Below are positions 34,201 to 49,200 of a stretch of DNA of 64,000 nucleotides, in pieces (within the stretch, counting starts at the first letter, position 1; each line of letters opens with the position of its first letter). The notes under the pieces were generated by a model. The model saw only the letters and a program-made list of their open reading frames with translations, was not told the DNA's origin and did not search any database. The stretch lies in assembly GCF_036321535.1 (NCBI RefSeq), contig NC_087437.1, positions 4,836,001 through 4,900,000 of the forward strand. Direction: 5' to 3'. Both the position numbers and the translations under genes were made by a program. Source of the stretch: Camelus dromedarius (Eukaryota).

Positions 34201-37200
34201 GCGAGAGTCCCCAGCCTTGTGAGTCTTCTGCGGGAGCACAGGCACCACGGGCTCTGCACTGTCACGGCCGGATTGGGGGCGGGGTGGATTAGGAGGTGCA
34301 GAAGTGCTCACAAGGTCAAGCTGGGGCTGGTGCCTGGGGCTGTGGCAGGGGCCCAGCTGGAAGAAGACTGGGTGAGAATTAGTTTTTAGAAGTTATGACT
34401 TATTTGGGCCTCTCAACAACTCGTCATCACAATGCAAAGGACACAGAATTATTCAATTAACTCTCAGAAGTCAATTAAGTCATTAAGTAAATAGCGTTAT
34501 TTAGGCTCTACAGAGGAACTGGATCACGCCCTACCTCCCAAATTTGTCCTTTTTGTTGAAGTCTGCACCAGTATTCAGCAGAAGGTTGAGGCACTCCAAA
34601 TTCCTATCCAGGAAAAATAGTTAGAAGACATGATTGTCAGTAATTTTATAATGAAAGTGGGAGGTTCAAATAAGCATAATGCATATTTTCAAACGAGAGT
34701 AAAGTGAATGAAACACTGATTTTTATTTTATAAAGAATAAAAACACTATTATCTTGATTGTGGTGGTGGTTTCATTGATGGATACTTGTATCGAAATTCA
34801 TCAAACTGTACATCTAAAATATGTGTAGTTCACTGTACAGGAACCAAACCACATTAAAGGGGTTGAAAAGAAAGGAACAAGAGCACTAAAATTCATCTTA
34901 TCTTTGATTTTAAGTTACATTAGCACGTGGAAGGAAGTTAACAAAGGAGTCACGTTTTCACCGTTTAAAAAGAAGTTCACATTTGTAAAAGTTCCTGAAG
35001 AGGTTTTAGGAACCTTTAAAATCAAACTTCAAACAACATGCTTAAAACTGAATGGTTTAAATGTCAGTGATTTTTAATACTGAATTAAATTAAAATGGAC
35101 TGGGGAAAAAAAAACCTCAAACAAGCCTGAAAATACAGATGACGCCCAGGCCAGCCTTCCCCATCCCCCGTCTACACTACAGCTGCTCACTCAGGTGTAC
35201 CTGTAGTTAGAACTTCAGAGGGCACGGCACACACGAAGGTGTTTCTGTAATTTCACTGTATGATCCTGAACACTAACATCCTACGTTACAGTGAAAACTC
35301 TAACTGCCAAGTGACCAGATGTGCATGCTCTTTGCTGTCCCTCGCTCTGCGGGCGGGTGACAAGGGAGTTGCGTTTTAACTGGATGGTTCTTCAGTGACC
35401 TTGGAAGACAGGAGGACCTGGCCACACTTTCACAATCCATCTCTTCAACGGAGACTGGCCTAAACCTGCCCTCTGAAACTGCCGGGAATTTTTAAGGAAT
35501 TATTACGGGAATAAATTCTTGCAAATGTCCTTCTGATAAGTCATCATGAATTAAACGGCTTATCACAGATTTCGGATCTCAATGGTCAAAAGCATGCTTC
35601 AGAGACCAAGAGTTTTAAATGAAATTTGCTGTTCATTCAAACCAACTGCCTAGTTTCTTCTAATAAGTAATATTTAAAATTTAGTCCAAAATCTTTCAAT
35701 CTCAAATTTTCCTCTTCCTGCATATCAGTCCTGAGTAGAGGCCAGATATGAATAGACCACCAACAGTTTTCCCTCAGATTCGGACTCGAAGCCTCAAACA
35801 CCTTCTCAAAGAGCACGAGTCCTCCCCAGAGCACTCCCACTGCCCGGATGCTCTCATCTGAGGACAGGTCTTCACTCACCCAGGACCGGCTTTCTCAGGG
35901 AAAGCAGTGTTCCCTGGTATAGGTTTGTCCTGTCACCCCGATTCACAACTTACTACTTAGCTGGGAGAAGATGAAAAAAGCAATTTTTGAACTTTCTTCT
36001 CCCGAACCACTTCTGTTATGTTATAGAGAGAAACAAGATAAAAGGAAAACTGCCATGACCAGCTACCCTTTTCTTTAAAAAGGTAAAAATTTTGTTAACA
36101 TACCCTCCAGCTGCAGCTGCATGGAGACAGGTCCTGCCAAAATCATCTGGAGTATCTATATCAAATCCTACAAGAATGAATATTACGGCAAGTAAGTGTC
36201 AAAAATCATACCCCCCCATCTCAAACAAAACTATGAATTACAAATAGGTACAAAATTACTGAAAATAGATTAATAGTGTACAATGCTTCCCAAAAAAGTT
36301 ACCACTAAAGGACTGAGGGGTTTTAGGACAAATGCTAGAGTAACTGTTTGAAAGCCAGAGGACACAGTGGTACACTATTAGCCATAAAAAGAAATAAAGT
36401 ACTGACACGTGTTTATGAGACTGGATGACCCTTGAGAACATTTCTAAGAAATCAGTTACAAAAGACCACATCTTGGGTGATTCCATTTCTATGAACTGTC
36501 CAGAATAGGTACGTTTATAGAGATAGAAAGCAGATTAGTGATTGCTCAGGGCTGTGGGAGGGAGGGAATGGGGACTGACTACATATGAGGTTTCTTTTGT
36601 TGGGGGGGAAGATGAAATTGTTCTAAAATGCACTGTGATGGTCACACACCTCTATGAATATACTAAAAACACTGACAAAAAAATGGGTGAATTATATGGC
36701 ATGTGAATTATATCTTAATGAAACTGGTTTTTTTTTTTTTTGAGAGCCATAGGTACTTTGTTACCTGTAGATTATTACTAACACCGAGGAAAGATTTTTA
36801 GAATTCTCTCATAAATAAACGGGCATGTGATTACTTGTGAACACACATACACTTAAAACACTTGAAACACAATTACCTCACTTAAAAGATGTCATTAAGA
36901 AAAACTCACAAGTGTCTGTGTCACAATGTTAATTTTTCACTGAAAGTTCCCCATAATTCTTTCATCAATCATGAGTATTAATATAATAAAATCTGCTTAA
37001 CTTTCCTAACACTTTGGGAAATAGAATATTATTTAAAATTAATTATGTATTTAGTAATTCTATGCATTTAATAAGGATCGTAGTTTTTAGTAATATTTAT
37101 AGAAACCTATTGATCCTGTTTTGTTTCAAACTCACTATGAATGTGTGTAGCATTTTAAAACCCTAGTTAGATATGGCATAAATAATTTCACAAACCTAAA

Positions 37201-40200
37201 TGGCTATCAGCTCTTAAAAAGGAAAGATGCACGTGAAGATAGTCTGCGTCAAGACGTAAAGCGGCAGCTGTGGAAACAGCCCATATCCCACTCCCTAGCT
37301 GAGAGGGAGGACACTGCTGGAAAAATGAGACCCCTCCCAGAGCCAAAGAGAAAATTCAACCTGAAAATGAAAGGACTCAACATCTTCTATGATGGGTTAA
37401 TAAAGGACCCATACTTGGACATATCTGTATGTAATTTTGGAATAGCATAGTAAAGAGACTGTATTAAAATGGGGAGGGGGAGTTTGGGGAGGAAAAAGGG
37501 GTAATCTGTCTGTGAAGGTTCTACTCACCAGAAGAAAGAAGTTTCCTACAGCAATCTGAGAAACCACTTAAGGCTGCCAAATGGAGGGGGAACATTCCAT
37601 GTATGCCACGCCTGAAGACAAACACAACCACCACGTAAATTACCAGGAAACAGCTTAGCTTATCCAGCAATCTCCCTCTCTGGGGACGGTCTTTCAGCCT
37701 CAGCACTACTGTCGTTGTGGATATGGGGGCCTCTCCTGTGCATGCAGGACGTGCCCCTGGGCTGTACCCACACGGGCCGACAGTAAAACCCTCCTCCCCA
37801 GAGGATGATGACCAAGAACATCTAGACGTTTGCCTGGGGAGCAGAATCCATTCTCCCCGCCCCTCCGCTGAGAATCACTGCCACAGGGCAGTGTTCACTG
37901 CAGTAATTTCTGTGATGGTAGAAAACTGGAAGCAACCTGTGTTTGCAAATAAGAAGGATGAATAAATTGTGAAATCTTTATACCATAATTAAATTTTATA
38001 AGACAAATGAATTAAAGTAAATTATAGAGATGAGAAAAAAGCCCAAATTTACATCTAAGTGGCTAAATCAACAACTTCATGTAAAGAAAAGTTGCAAAAA
38101 AGTATACAGCAGCATACCACTTACAGAAACTTTAAAAGATGATTAAAAACATGTTAATGAGCATATAAAAATGTAATAAAAAAATAGAAACATACATAAG
38201 AATGATAAACATCAGTTTAAGTAGGGTGTTTATGCCTGTAGAGCATGCAAGAGAATCCATCCTTTAAACAAAATCTTACATGGAAACTTATATTACTTAA
38301 AATCTAGAAAGAACTGGGATAAAAAATATGAAAATACCCTATGATGGCTTACCCAATGAAATTGTATTAAACATTTTCTTTTACCACATAGCCAATAGAA
38401 AGGGGAAAAAGCTCAAGCAGCGAATACCACACTGAGGACAAAACCCACATCTTCACTTGAGGCATCTAGAAAAGCACGCGTCTGCCCGGCGTGTTCCCCC
38501 ACCACAACATCAGCACCCGGGGAAGCACTTACTTTGCAGTGTCAGCACCACTTGTAATAAGCGTGTTGATGAGCAGCTCATGGCCGTACCTCGCTGCTAT
38601 GTGCAAAGGGGTGTTTCCGTTCTTATCCTCACAGTCGATCACAGCGCCTGCAGCAAAGGGCGGACTGTCAGACATAGGACTAGGTAAAGATCAAGGCACA
38701 TCTATCACATGCAAAGTAATATAAAACACTAGTCAAGGCACAAACTGATGGGTACAGCAACTGAACTACAGATTTCATGCAAGCACATTTAATTGGGCCA
38801 GGCACTGGGGTTACAGATTTTATACTTAAAGCAATTTCGTGGACTGAGCATAAGACTTTAACAGATTTAGGAATGACAACAGGCTTCTGGGGTCCCTGTG
38901 TTTGGAAACCATAGCATTAAAACAAAATTAAACACATTTCTCTAGAGCAAGACTTTTCCCAGCTTTAATGTGCACTCTACACGTTACAGAGAAGACTGCA
39001 TGCAGTGCTGCATGAACTACCGGATCATGAGACTATCCCTACCTTTTCCCTGCAAAATCAGAATAAATATTCTCCTGAGGGCTACTAACAAAGAGTTCCT
39101 TGGAACATGGCCTGTGAAATGCTGCTTTAAAGTAATGTACTAAAAGTTCTTTTTATTTAAAAGTTTAGCTTGCCTAGTACTAATTCAAATGCAAAAGAAT
39201 ACAAGTTCAGGAAATGAATAAAAATCCTAAAAAGAGTTAAAATATTCAAAAGGGGAGAAAGAAATGCAACCGAGTTTTAACATATAATACAAACTGCAGT
39301 GGAAAGGCAGAGTTTCCTACCTAGCAATGCTTTTAAAGAACTCAACACTAACTGCTAGAGAAATTATTATTTACAATCTAGGGGAAACAAAAATAAAAAG
39401 GAACATAATTTCAAAAGATGCAAGTACATGGCATCTTAAATTCTTTATTATCTGATTTCCATGAGCCCTGATACTAAATGTAAAAAATGTATACACCACT
39501 ATGACAATTCCTCAGTACCATTCATTTTGTGGATGCTTTTACTACATTTAAGAAAAAAACACACAGAAATACTTTTTACCACTCTGGATAATGGTTTGGG
39601 ATCTGGAGAATCTACCGTGGAGGGCAGTCATGTGCAGTGGGGTTTTCCCATCTTTGCTCTGAAATAAACAAGCAAGAGATTAAAACTCCTTCTTAGATCC
39701 GTAACATGTATTCGCTGGTTTTATTTTGAATATCCTTTTACAACTTTATTTTGTGTAAAAAGTACTCCTCAAGCATTAAGTTTAACTGAAGCCTCTGGCG
39801 GTAAAACAGCTGTCCAAAATTATGAATTAACTTTTTACTATGTGTACCATAAAGCACAAATATACAAAAAAACTCAATAAAAAAAGCCCTGAGTGGTGGG
39901 TATGGTGTAATCATATCATTCCTATTTCACAGATGGGGGAACGGAAGCAGAACGGCATTCGATGATTCACCCAAGGTCACAGAACGGAGTGGTACAGCCC
40001 AGATGTGCTTCCCAAGCTGCAAACATGTCACATTGCTACAATTCCTTTGTTGTGAGAAAAGCTGACTCCCTCCTTGACCAAGGAAAAGCGAATGTTAGAA
40101 TTAATTTCAGCCACTATAAATCACTTAAAAAACTTTATATTATTTTGTTTACAATTATTTGTAATAAATATGTTAGCTATTTTCTCAAATTACTTATAAG

Positions 40201-43200
40201 CCTGAGTTAGGTGGCATCTTTTATTTTGAGTTAAGTAAAGTCTTTTCTTCCCTAAAATTGTTTTGTTAATCAAAACATACATGTGACCATCACAAAGGAA
40301 AGAAGTATTTGGGGTATTCTGTTTATCTGACCAAAATTTAGAGTAGAAGGTGGGGTGGGAAAAGGTTTTTATGCAAGTGATACAACCAATGCTGTGGGGT
40401 TCATGCTAAGCAAGGTTATGAAAACCAGACTTACACTGCTTTTTAAAAACCATTCATTTTAACTCTACGTAGGACAACCAATTTAAAACTTACAAACTGA
40501 ATAATCACACAGCTAAATTTCCTTCCAATTTCTAGTCATCACAAGTTGATCAAGGACAGGAACATCAATATGGAGAATGGGATGGAAGAAGAGATGGAGA
40601 AAGGTGACTTGATAATCAGGAGAACATGAGGGTCAGCAAACAACTATTTTTATAATACAAGGCAAATGTCAAAGCCTTAGCTCCTCAGGCAAGCAACAAT
40701 TTGATAAGCACCAATGTGACAAATAAACAAAACACAGGGGTCAGGAATAAAGATGTCTTCTTGAATGAATATACATTCTTATTGGCTGAAAACTCACAGC
40801 TACCAACAATTTTTATATAATTTTAGAGTTGGAAGGTACCTTAAAAATTATTAACAAGATGGGAAATGTGTTTCAATGAACTTGGCAGTAAGATAATCAG
40901 ACAATTGCAATTAGCAGGATGTCCTATGTCCTCAGACAAGATCAAAGCAACTTCCCTGAAATCTATTTTTAAACCATCGTCATAGCCTGTTGCCTTCAAA
41001 TCTACTTAACCACCACATCTTAACTGCTTTGCTAAAAAATTCCCTCGTAAAATACACCACTGAATTTTCTAAATCATTAAGGAAGTAACTTGGAATAGGA
41101 CCACAGGTCTGAGCATGCTAAGTGAGCCTCTTGCAGAACTGATTCTCTTTCCTACATTTCAAAAGAAAATACACACTTAAAAATAACCAAAGGTACTAGA
41201 GTCAGCTATGTAGGCAATGACGTATGAACCAAGAGATTAATTATCAAATTGTAGTAAATATTCCTACCTAAATGGTACTGTATACAATAAACAGAAAGCC
41301 TAATTTTTACCTTTTAAAGACAGCACCATATAAACTAACAAATGTGCAATAAATAGCTAATGACAGAGGTAAGCATCCCCTCCTCTAGGACACTTCATAT
41401 TTATATTAGCAGAGATGATTTTAACTACAGCTACTTTATCATAAACAGATCTCCTAGACACTAAAAATATTTGGCTGACATCTTCTCATTTGAAGAATGT
41501 TAAGGTAATTTCAAAATTTTTATTTTTAAAATAGCCTGCTCTTCATTAAAAATTATTAGTAGGCCTTTGAGGAAATAAGTGAAAAATCCCCCCCCTGCAA
41601 GATTTTAGGTATTTTTTCTGGGCATTGATTACCCAAACAGCAGGAATCCTTCAAATCAAAATAAGTAGTTCAAACTAATTATCAGTAAACTTCTAGCAGT
41701 TATTTAAACTACTAAAAAAACTATAGTAGGGGATTTGATTGAGGACTGAAAGCTTTAAATGTATATTCTTAAAAGAGGCACTGTAACCGCAGTGGGTTCT
41801 TTCAGGTCTCTCACGCCCTCTCCTCCCATGGGTGGATACGTACGAGTCCTGTCCTTGAGCTGGGACAGGGAATTTAGAGCAATGACCTAATTATAGATGG
41901 GCCCTCCGCCGCCACAGCTGTCAGAGTGGGTCAGCGGCATCATTAAAGGATGTTCTAAAGTTAGAGTGAGAACTGGACTCCCTTCTTGACCAGTCTGACA
42001 GACACTGGCTCACCACACCTACCGAAGAAGCTGACATTTTATGTAATTAAAGTGCTGGAAACACTTGAAGCTTAAATGTTTTCACTAATCCCGAATGGTT
42101 CAATTTTGTTTGTGGTTTTCTTTAAACCACAAGATATAGTCTGGCAAGTGCTCAAAGAATGAAGTACTGAATTAACACAGAAGCAATCAGTGAAAGCATC
42201 CTGGAAAATATACAATGATGATTACACATTATAAAGTAGTTATGCTCAGCACTGTGGCTTCATGTGTGTTCCCAAAGAACTAAGCACTGAAGGTACATTT
42301 ATGTTGGCTCCAGAATTTCTCCGTATTTCTAAAAGCCAAATGCTCACTCTTGGAAGTGACTGATCAAAGACCCAGAAAGCAACTACTCCTTACACATAAA
42401 ACATTGATTCTACCATTGTGAAAACTTTCAAAACAGAGAAGTTGGAAGACTCCCACAGTAAACAGCCATGTACCTACCACCTAGACTCTCTACCACCACC
42501 ACTGCACTGCAGCGAGAATTATCACACACCAGCCTCTCCACCCACCAGCCACCTACCCACCTGACTATGTGACGCTTTTCAGAGTTAGCTGCGGATGCCA
42601 CTGCACATTAGCTCCAAACACTTCGGTATGCATATCACTAACCTGGCTTCAATATACCAATACATATTCAGCTTGTAACCTTCTAAGGGAAAATTTACAC
42701 GCAATGAAGCGGGTAAATCTTAAATGTACCACTTCATGAGTTTTGACTAAAGCTTATTTATACAACACAAAGCCTGCAAAAGACAGGACGTGACCATCAA
42801 CCAGAAGGTTCCCTTATGCCCCCTTTTCACCAGTCCCCCCTCCCACAGGCAACAACTGTTCCGTTTTTGATTTTTACCCAACTATAGCGTTTGGAACCTC
42901 ATACAAGTTGAATTTTGTCTGTTCTAAGACCTTATAGAAATGGAAATAGTGAATATATTCTGGTGCAAGGCTTTCACTCAGCATAGTATTTTTAAGATTC
43001 ATCTGTGTGTATCAGTGATTCATTGCTGTTTATTGCTGAAGGGCATACGCTACTGACTCCAGTGAACTCCTGAGCACTGCATATGGATTCTGATTTTCTC
43101 TCATACCTTCATATTGACATCGGCCCCATTGCCTACTAGAAGCTCTAAACACAGTGCTCCATGAGTTGATGCAGCAGCAAAGTGCAAAGGAGTAAACCCT

Positions 43201-46200
43201 TTCTCGTTCTTCTGATTGACGTTAGCACCACAGTCTATAAGTTCATTCACGACAACGTCCTGCCCATTGTAGCAGGCGACATGAAGAGGTGTGTTTCCAT
43301 AGGCATTTGGTTCGTTCATCTGTTGGAAGGAAAAAATGCCAATGTTAAAGCAGTCTTCCTAATCACCATTGTTGCGAGCTACTCTGGCAACGCTGTGGCT
43401 GACAGCAAATCACTAAAGTGAGAAACAAACGGATAAATACACAGATAAGGCTTATAACAACTTTAAAGTTCTTTAAAAATAATGAACACAGCAGCACTGT
43501 GGTATCAAATGGATTTTGTACCTCCAGGGAATATAATTCATACGTACGTCTACTTCATGACAAAACTGAATGATTCCAAGAGATATTTGAGGAAAATGAA
43601 AACTAAAATAATGTATTTTTAAAAGCCTACTAGGTAAGGGACAATTATAGAATTAACTTGAATAATCAAGACAAGTGAACATAAACTGAAAATTCTGAGA
43701 TACATTGAAAAATATGCATATTTTCAGCTGTTTTGCTCACAGTGACAAAAGATTAAAGCTGATAAATTAGCAGAGACCAGAATTTTTAGAAACTGAGTGA
43801 CAATCATTTCTGTAACCAACTTGGACTCTAGGTTATCTTCCAGACTCACATGTGGGCATTTTACCAAAATAAGCGTGCTCTAGACAACACACTCAACATT
43901 GTGAAATAATTCACAGGACTCAAGCTCTTTTCCTATTTCTTAGAAATAAACTGGATGACTACTTTAAAGTTTATGTGACCTCTTTGTAGTGAGGAATTTC
44001 ACCTTTGTCCCGTCTTCTGGGAGGTCATGTATGGCACACCTGGCGACCCTGGATCTGAGGGGGGGTTAGGCATAGCTGACAGCCTTTAGAGTAGGGTCCC
44101 AGGCACCACATAAACCAACCACGTGACTGAGGGGAGGGGCTTTGGGTCCCTTGGGATCAGGAGACTTGGAGACTGAAATCAACCACGCGAGCAATTCTGA
44201 TCAGTCAGCCACACCCATGTCATGGAGCCCCAGTAAAACTGTGACCACAAAGCCAGGTGGGCGCCTCTGCTGGGCAGTACTTTGTGTACAGCGTCACCCA
44301 CTGATGCCGGGAGAGCAAGGAGGCCTAACCCCATGGAGGGGCTGGGGGCATGGGGTGGAAGCTCTGTGTTCACAGTGCTCCTGGATGCTGCCTGTGGATC
44401 TCTTCCTTTGGCTGTTCTTAATCTGTATCTTTTCTGTGTAATGAGCCACAACTGTGAGCATAACAGCTTCCAGTGGGTTTTCTGAGTCCTTCCAATGAAT
44501 TATCCAAGCTGTAGTCGGCTTTGGGAAACTCTCAGACCTCTGGCTGGTCAGAAGCAGAGGCAGTCTGGTGCGGAGGCTGTGCCCTCTAACCCTGTGGTTT
44601 GCCCCAATTTAGCACAACTGTACTTTACATTTTCTTTTCTCAGGTCCTTAGTAACAGAAATTGGAGGAAGTGAAAAAGCAAACCTAACTTAAGTCAAGTT
44701 ACTCAGACTTCATCACCAAAAGCTGGCAGACATGGAACAGATTCTCCCTCAGAGCTTGCAGAACTTTGAGAAGTTAAATTAATTGTTTTAAGTCACCTGT
44801 ATTGTCGTAATTTATTATGTCAGCTCTACAAAAACTTAACAATCACACCATTGGAGGCCACATGTCACTAAACGATTCTGAGTCTGACCACTTTTTTTGA
44901 GGGACACTCTCACCAGAGTTTATGTTATTTTGCTGTCAATAAAATAAGCTTTCAGAACTGCACCAGAATGAACTTGAAACAGTGATGAGAAACAAGGCTG
45001 CCTCATTCATCCAGATCAAAGGTCTCTAAGACATTATGTGACTCCGTTGAGACAAAGCTGTGAGAACTGTGGGCTTAAAACAAAACTACCCTCTGTTTGC
45101 ACCCTACAAGAGTCTACCTGACAATGTATCTCAATGTCCGGCCCCCACACTTTCCGTAACTACTTGTGTGTTTTGGACTGTCTCACATAGTCCTGAAGTT
45201 GAGTCTACTCAGCTCTACACGGTGTCACGTAGATTCTTCATCTAACCAGAATACCTCCTACATTTCTATTTGCAGCCGATCTAAACTACTCTTTCTATTT
45301 AATCTGTGTTTTAAAGAACCAGATGAGTTTGTCAAAAATGTACCTAAAATAAGGGTAAATACACTAAGAGTGGGTGCAAAGAAGATGTGCCGAGAGGCTG
45401 GACTGTGGGAGCTGGAGGTATCCTTAGCTAGCTCAGGTCCGGAGTCAGACACGTTCAGATGACGCAGCAGCCCTTCCTCACAAACAGCAGGGGACTCAGA
45501 GCCGCCAGGCCAGGACCCCCCGTTCTCCTGCCTCCCTCCGACCGATGGCCGGTGCTGTGAACAGCGACGGTCACCTACAGGGAACAGGAGACACACTGGG
45601 CAAAGAAGGCTAACACCTACCCAGCCATTTAGGAAGAATAATCCAAGCATGTCTGATCTGTGGGTTTCCTCAGCTGAAACAAAGCTACAGGGCCTAGAAT
45701 GTGATGGAAAGGAAAAACTTCTGCCAATTAATTGTTCACCTTTGGAATGTGTTTTACCTCTTTTTTAAAAAAATTTTTTTTCTTTTGGTAGGGGGAAATA
45801 ATTAGGTTTATTTATTTACTTATTTTTATAGGAGGTACTGGACACTGAACCCAGGACCTCGTGCATGCTAAGCACACACTCTACCACTGAGCTATACCCT
45901 CCCTCACTGTTTTATCTCTTAATATACTTTGACTGATTTCATATCTTGGTCAGATATCAGTGTACCATACAGTATGCAAAGGACTATAAACAGAAAAGCA
46001 TTAGAAGACAAAAACATTATTATAAGAAATTGTCTCCTGAATCTGTGTAACATGCACCACCACTGACAGCACAGACACACAGGCGCTCCGTCCCTTTGCA
46101 CTGCTCAGCCGGTGCACCTACATCAACCCCCAGGTCTAGAAGGTACTTGACGACGCTGATCATCCCGCTGGAGGCTGCGGCGTGCAGGGGCGTGTACGAC

Positions 46201-49200
46201 TTCTTATCCTTGCACGTCACCTCAGCGCCATGTGCCACAAGTAACTTCACCACTTCAATGTGACCTGAAATGTGTTTATGAAGAAAAAATACAGATGAGT
46301 ACAGGGAAAATATGAAATATAATCCTGCGCATCTTTAAGGAAAGGTAAAAATGCAAACTGACTACATAATGCATGACAGGACACCGATGAGTCACAATGA
46401 CAACCAGAGGACAGAAAAAAACAATTCAGGGTAATTTTGATAAATGTTGATAGTGCTAATAATTGAAAACAATACATTTAATGGATTATTTTATCTAAGG
46501 ATAAATCTGTGATCTATAATCCTCCTTTTGCCTAGATCTTACTGTTTTCAAGGTTGTCTGAATACACTCTGAAGTTCTCCAGTTAGCTTTTTATGTCTAA
46601 TGTAAGACTTCAGTTTATGTTTGTATGCTTTAGTGGAATCTTCCACTTGGGTATCTGGGAATGACTTGGGCTCATTTCTTCAAAGTGCTAGGTCTTTAGA
46701 ACACACAGCTAAAAGCTGCTTCTCCCTTGTTATTTCCACTGAGTGTCCTTAACCCTTGTCTGCTACCCACCCTGGCAGGCTAGGTTATATATGCTGTGGT
46801 CAGTAGTCGGCTCCCAAATCTCAGCAGCTTGCACAGTTAGTGTTTTACTGTTCACTAGTGTTACTGTAACTCAGTAAGAGGGCTCTGCTCCGTCACTCAA
46901 GGATCCAGACTCACGAAGCCGACGCCATCTGGGAGGCAGCCGGTCACTGCACCAGGCAGACCGCACAGTCTCACAGCAGCGAGCGAAGCTCTGGCCCAGG
47001 GCTGAGGCTGCTTTCACCGGTCAGCCGGCCTCGGGCCCCCAACCCCAGGGGAGGCCAGGAAGGGGAACGTGTATCTGGAAGGTGGGAGAACCACTCTTCT
47101 CTTTTTCTATCTCCTCGCTTCCTGTCAGATTAGCTCACGCAGGGCTTTCTCCTCTCCCATAATCCCTCCCACCTCTGTGCCTTCCTTCATGAGAACGAGT
47201 CCTTCCCTGTACGGAATGTTCTGCTTGGGTATTTCTTTCTAATCATTGTTACTAATCCTTGAAGGTCACGTCAGTTCCCTTCTTCCCTAAAAGTCTTACA
47301 AGACTTCGAGTTCCCCAGAACTGCATGGTCAAAGCATCATGTACCTGCAAATACCATCTAATAAGCATTTAATACTCTTATGATCTTTCTTAAACCTGAG
47401 CCATTACTTAACTAACTCTTTAATTACTTTGATATATTAAGTTCCCAAATACATATCTTCAAAGGCAAATATCATTGGGTTCTATGTTCTACTTCTTGGT
47501 ATGGTTCACACAAAACAGGCACCCAATAACTACCTGCTACATCAAACAAGCTGCTCAGGGTGCCATTTTTAATACTCCTTCATAGGGAAGGAGCATATCA
47601 AGTTAATAACTATAAAAATGAGACTTTCAGCAGGACCCATCCCCACTGAAATAAAGACACTATGAGATGCACAAAAAAATCAAGTAGATTTAGTTGTTTA
47701 TATAAAAATTATCAATTAAAGTGGATACTTTCAGCTATCTCCCCCCATCTCAATATGAAAAATATCTACTGTATTTTTAGGAAAACATCAAAAGACTATC
47801 TATCAAATCATTAGATGTCAAGCTAAATGTGACTACCATGCAAAGGTACTAACTGGTACAAAAGCTCTCTCATGACACATCACTCTCTGAGCTACCCTCT
47901 AGAAAGACAACTGCTTGGGCTGATTTTAATGGCTGTACTGAAAACCAGGACTTACAGTACCCAGGAGGCTCACACACAGATACAGCTTTAAAACTGAACA
48001 AATGCATATTATTCACTAATATGCCAAAGTGAAAATCTTAAAAAAATCTCAATTTTTAAGACTAGAAGGCCCATAATACAAACATAACGGAAAAACTGTT
48101 CAAAACCAACATCACATTATACGTAAATGATGCAGATCATACTAATTGTGTGTACAAACTAGCAGACTCCAAGAAATGTGAACTTTTCCTAACACCAGTA
48201 CAGCTGTATTTTTAAAAAGCATGCACAGGCAATGTTAAAACTGACAAATATTTATTTAAGCACATTTCTGAAGTATGCATCAGTTCCCTCAATGCACCAC
48301 TGCAAACATGAAGAAAGGGCCTTTGCACAGCCAGCTGGGGGTGACCTACTTAAAAGAAAAAAGGGAAGAAAGTTCTAGAGTGAAATAAATGGTACTGTTG
48401 TAGCTGGGTGGACCCTAGTCAGAATAAGCATGTATCTTCCTTATCAATTTACAGAGCGGTGCTACCAAGGGGACTGGGTTTCATTTAACTCATCTGGGGC
48501 TACTTACAGAAGGCAGCATCCGGCAGACATGCATGGCACACATAATGCTGTAGCCAATAACAACGTCTTTTAAAAATCACACCCATGTAATGTGAATGTG
48601 ATAAATGTAACCACTATCCTTCAGTAATCTGGAAAATTCTCTACATTTTTCTTTTGTTCATGAATACATAACTAAAATAAAATGGGCTACGTTTAGAATT
48701 TCTAAATTTTTATGGAAAGGAAAAGGAGAAAAAAATACCATTTCACATCAACTCAAATTATGCACTGCTTCATGAAGAAGTAACGTACTGAGCTGCCTGT
48801 CAAGGTAATACAACATTTATTCAGTATTCTCTATGTCCAGGTCATCACAGTAAGGTAATCTGAGGCAAAACTTGCCTGGACCTTGCTAAAGGTACTGAAT
48901 GCAAGAGAAAAGATGAACGCGGAAAAGGGATCTTGACGAAGGTTCATGGGAGAAGCAAACTGTGGGTTAGGGAGGGGAAAATGCCCGGCCCACTGGGAGG
49001 TAGAGGTGGGAGAGAATTCACCAACAGCATAAGGTAAGAGGTCGGGCCTCGCAGAGAAGGCAGGCAGCCTCCGCCAGGGGTGGAAGGTCTGGGCAAACAA
49101 GGACGCCTCTGAGAAATGAGTGGTAAGAACACGTGGATCCTTGCGTGTCTCAGGCTAGCAGCAACAGTGTCTCCAGTAGTGACAATGACCGGGATTTCAG

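Noticed and set aside
33786..34292. 168-aa plus-strand ORF with ATG
   Set aside because: Begins inside an L1 3'-end fragment and continues in GC-rich intron; no recognisable homology.
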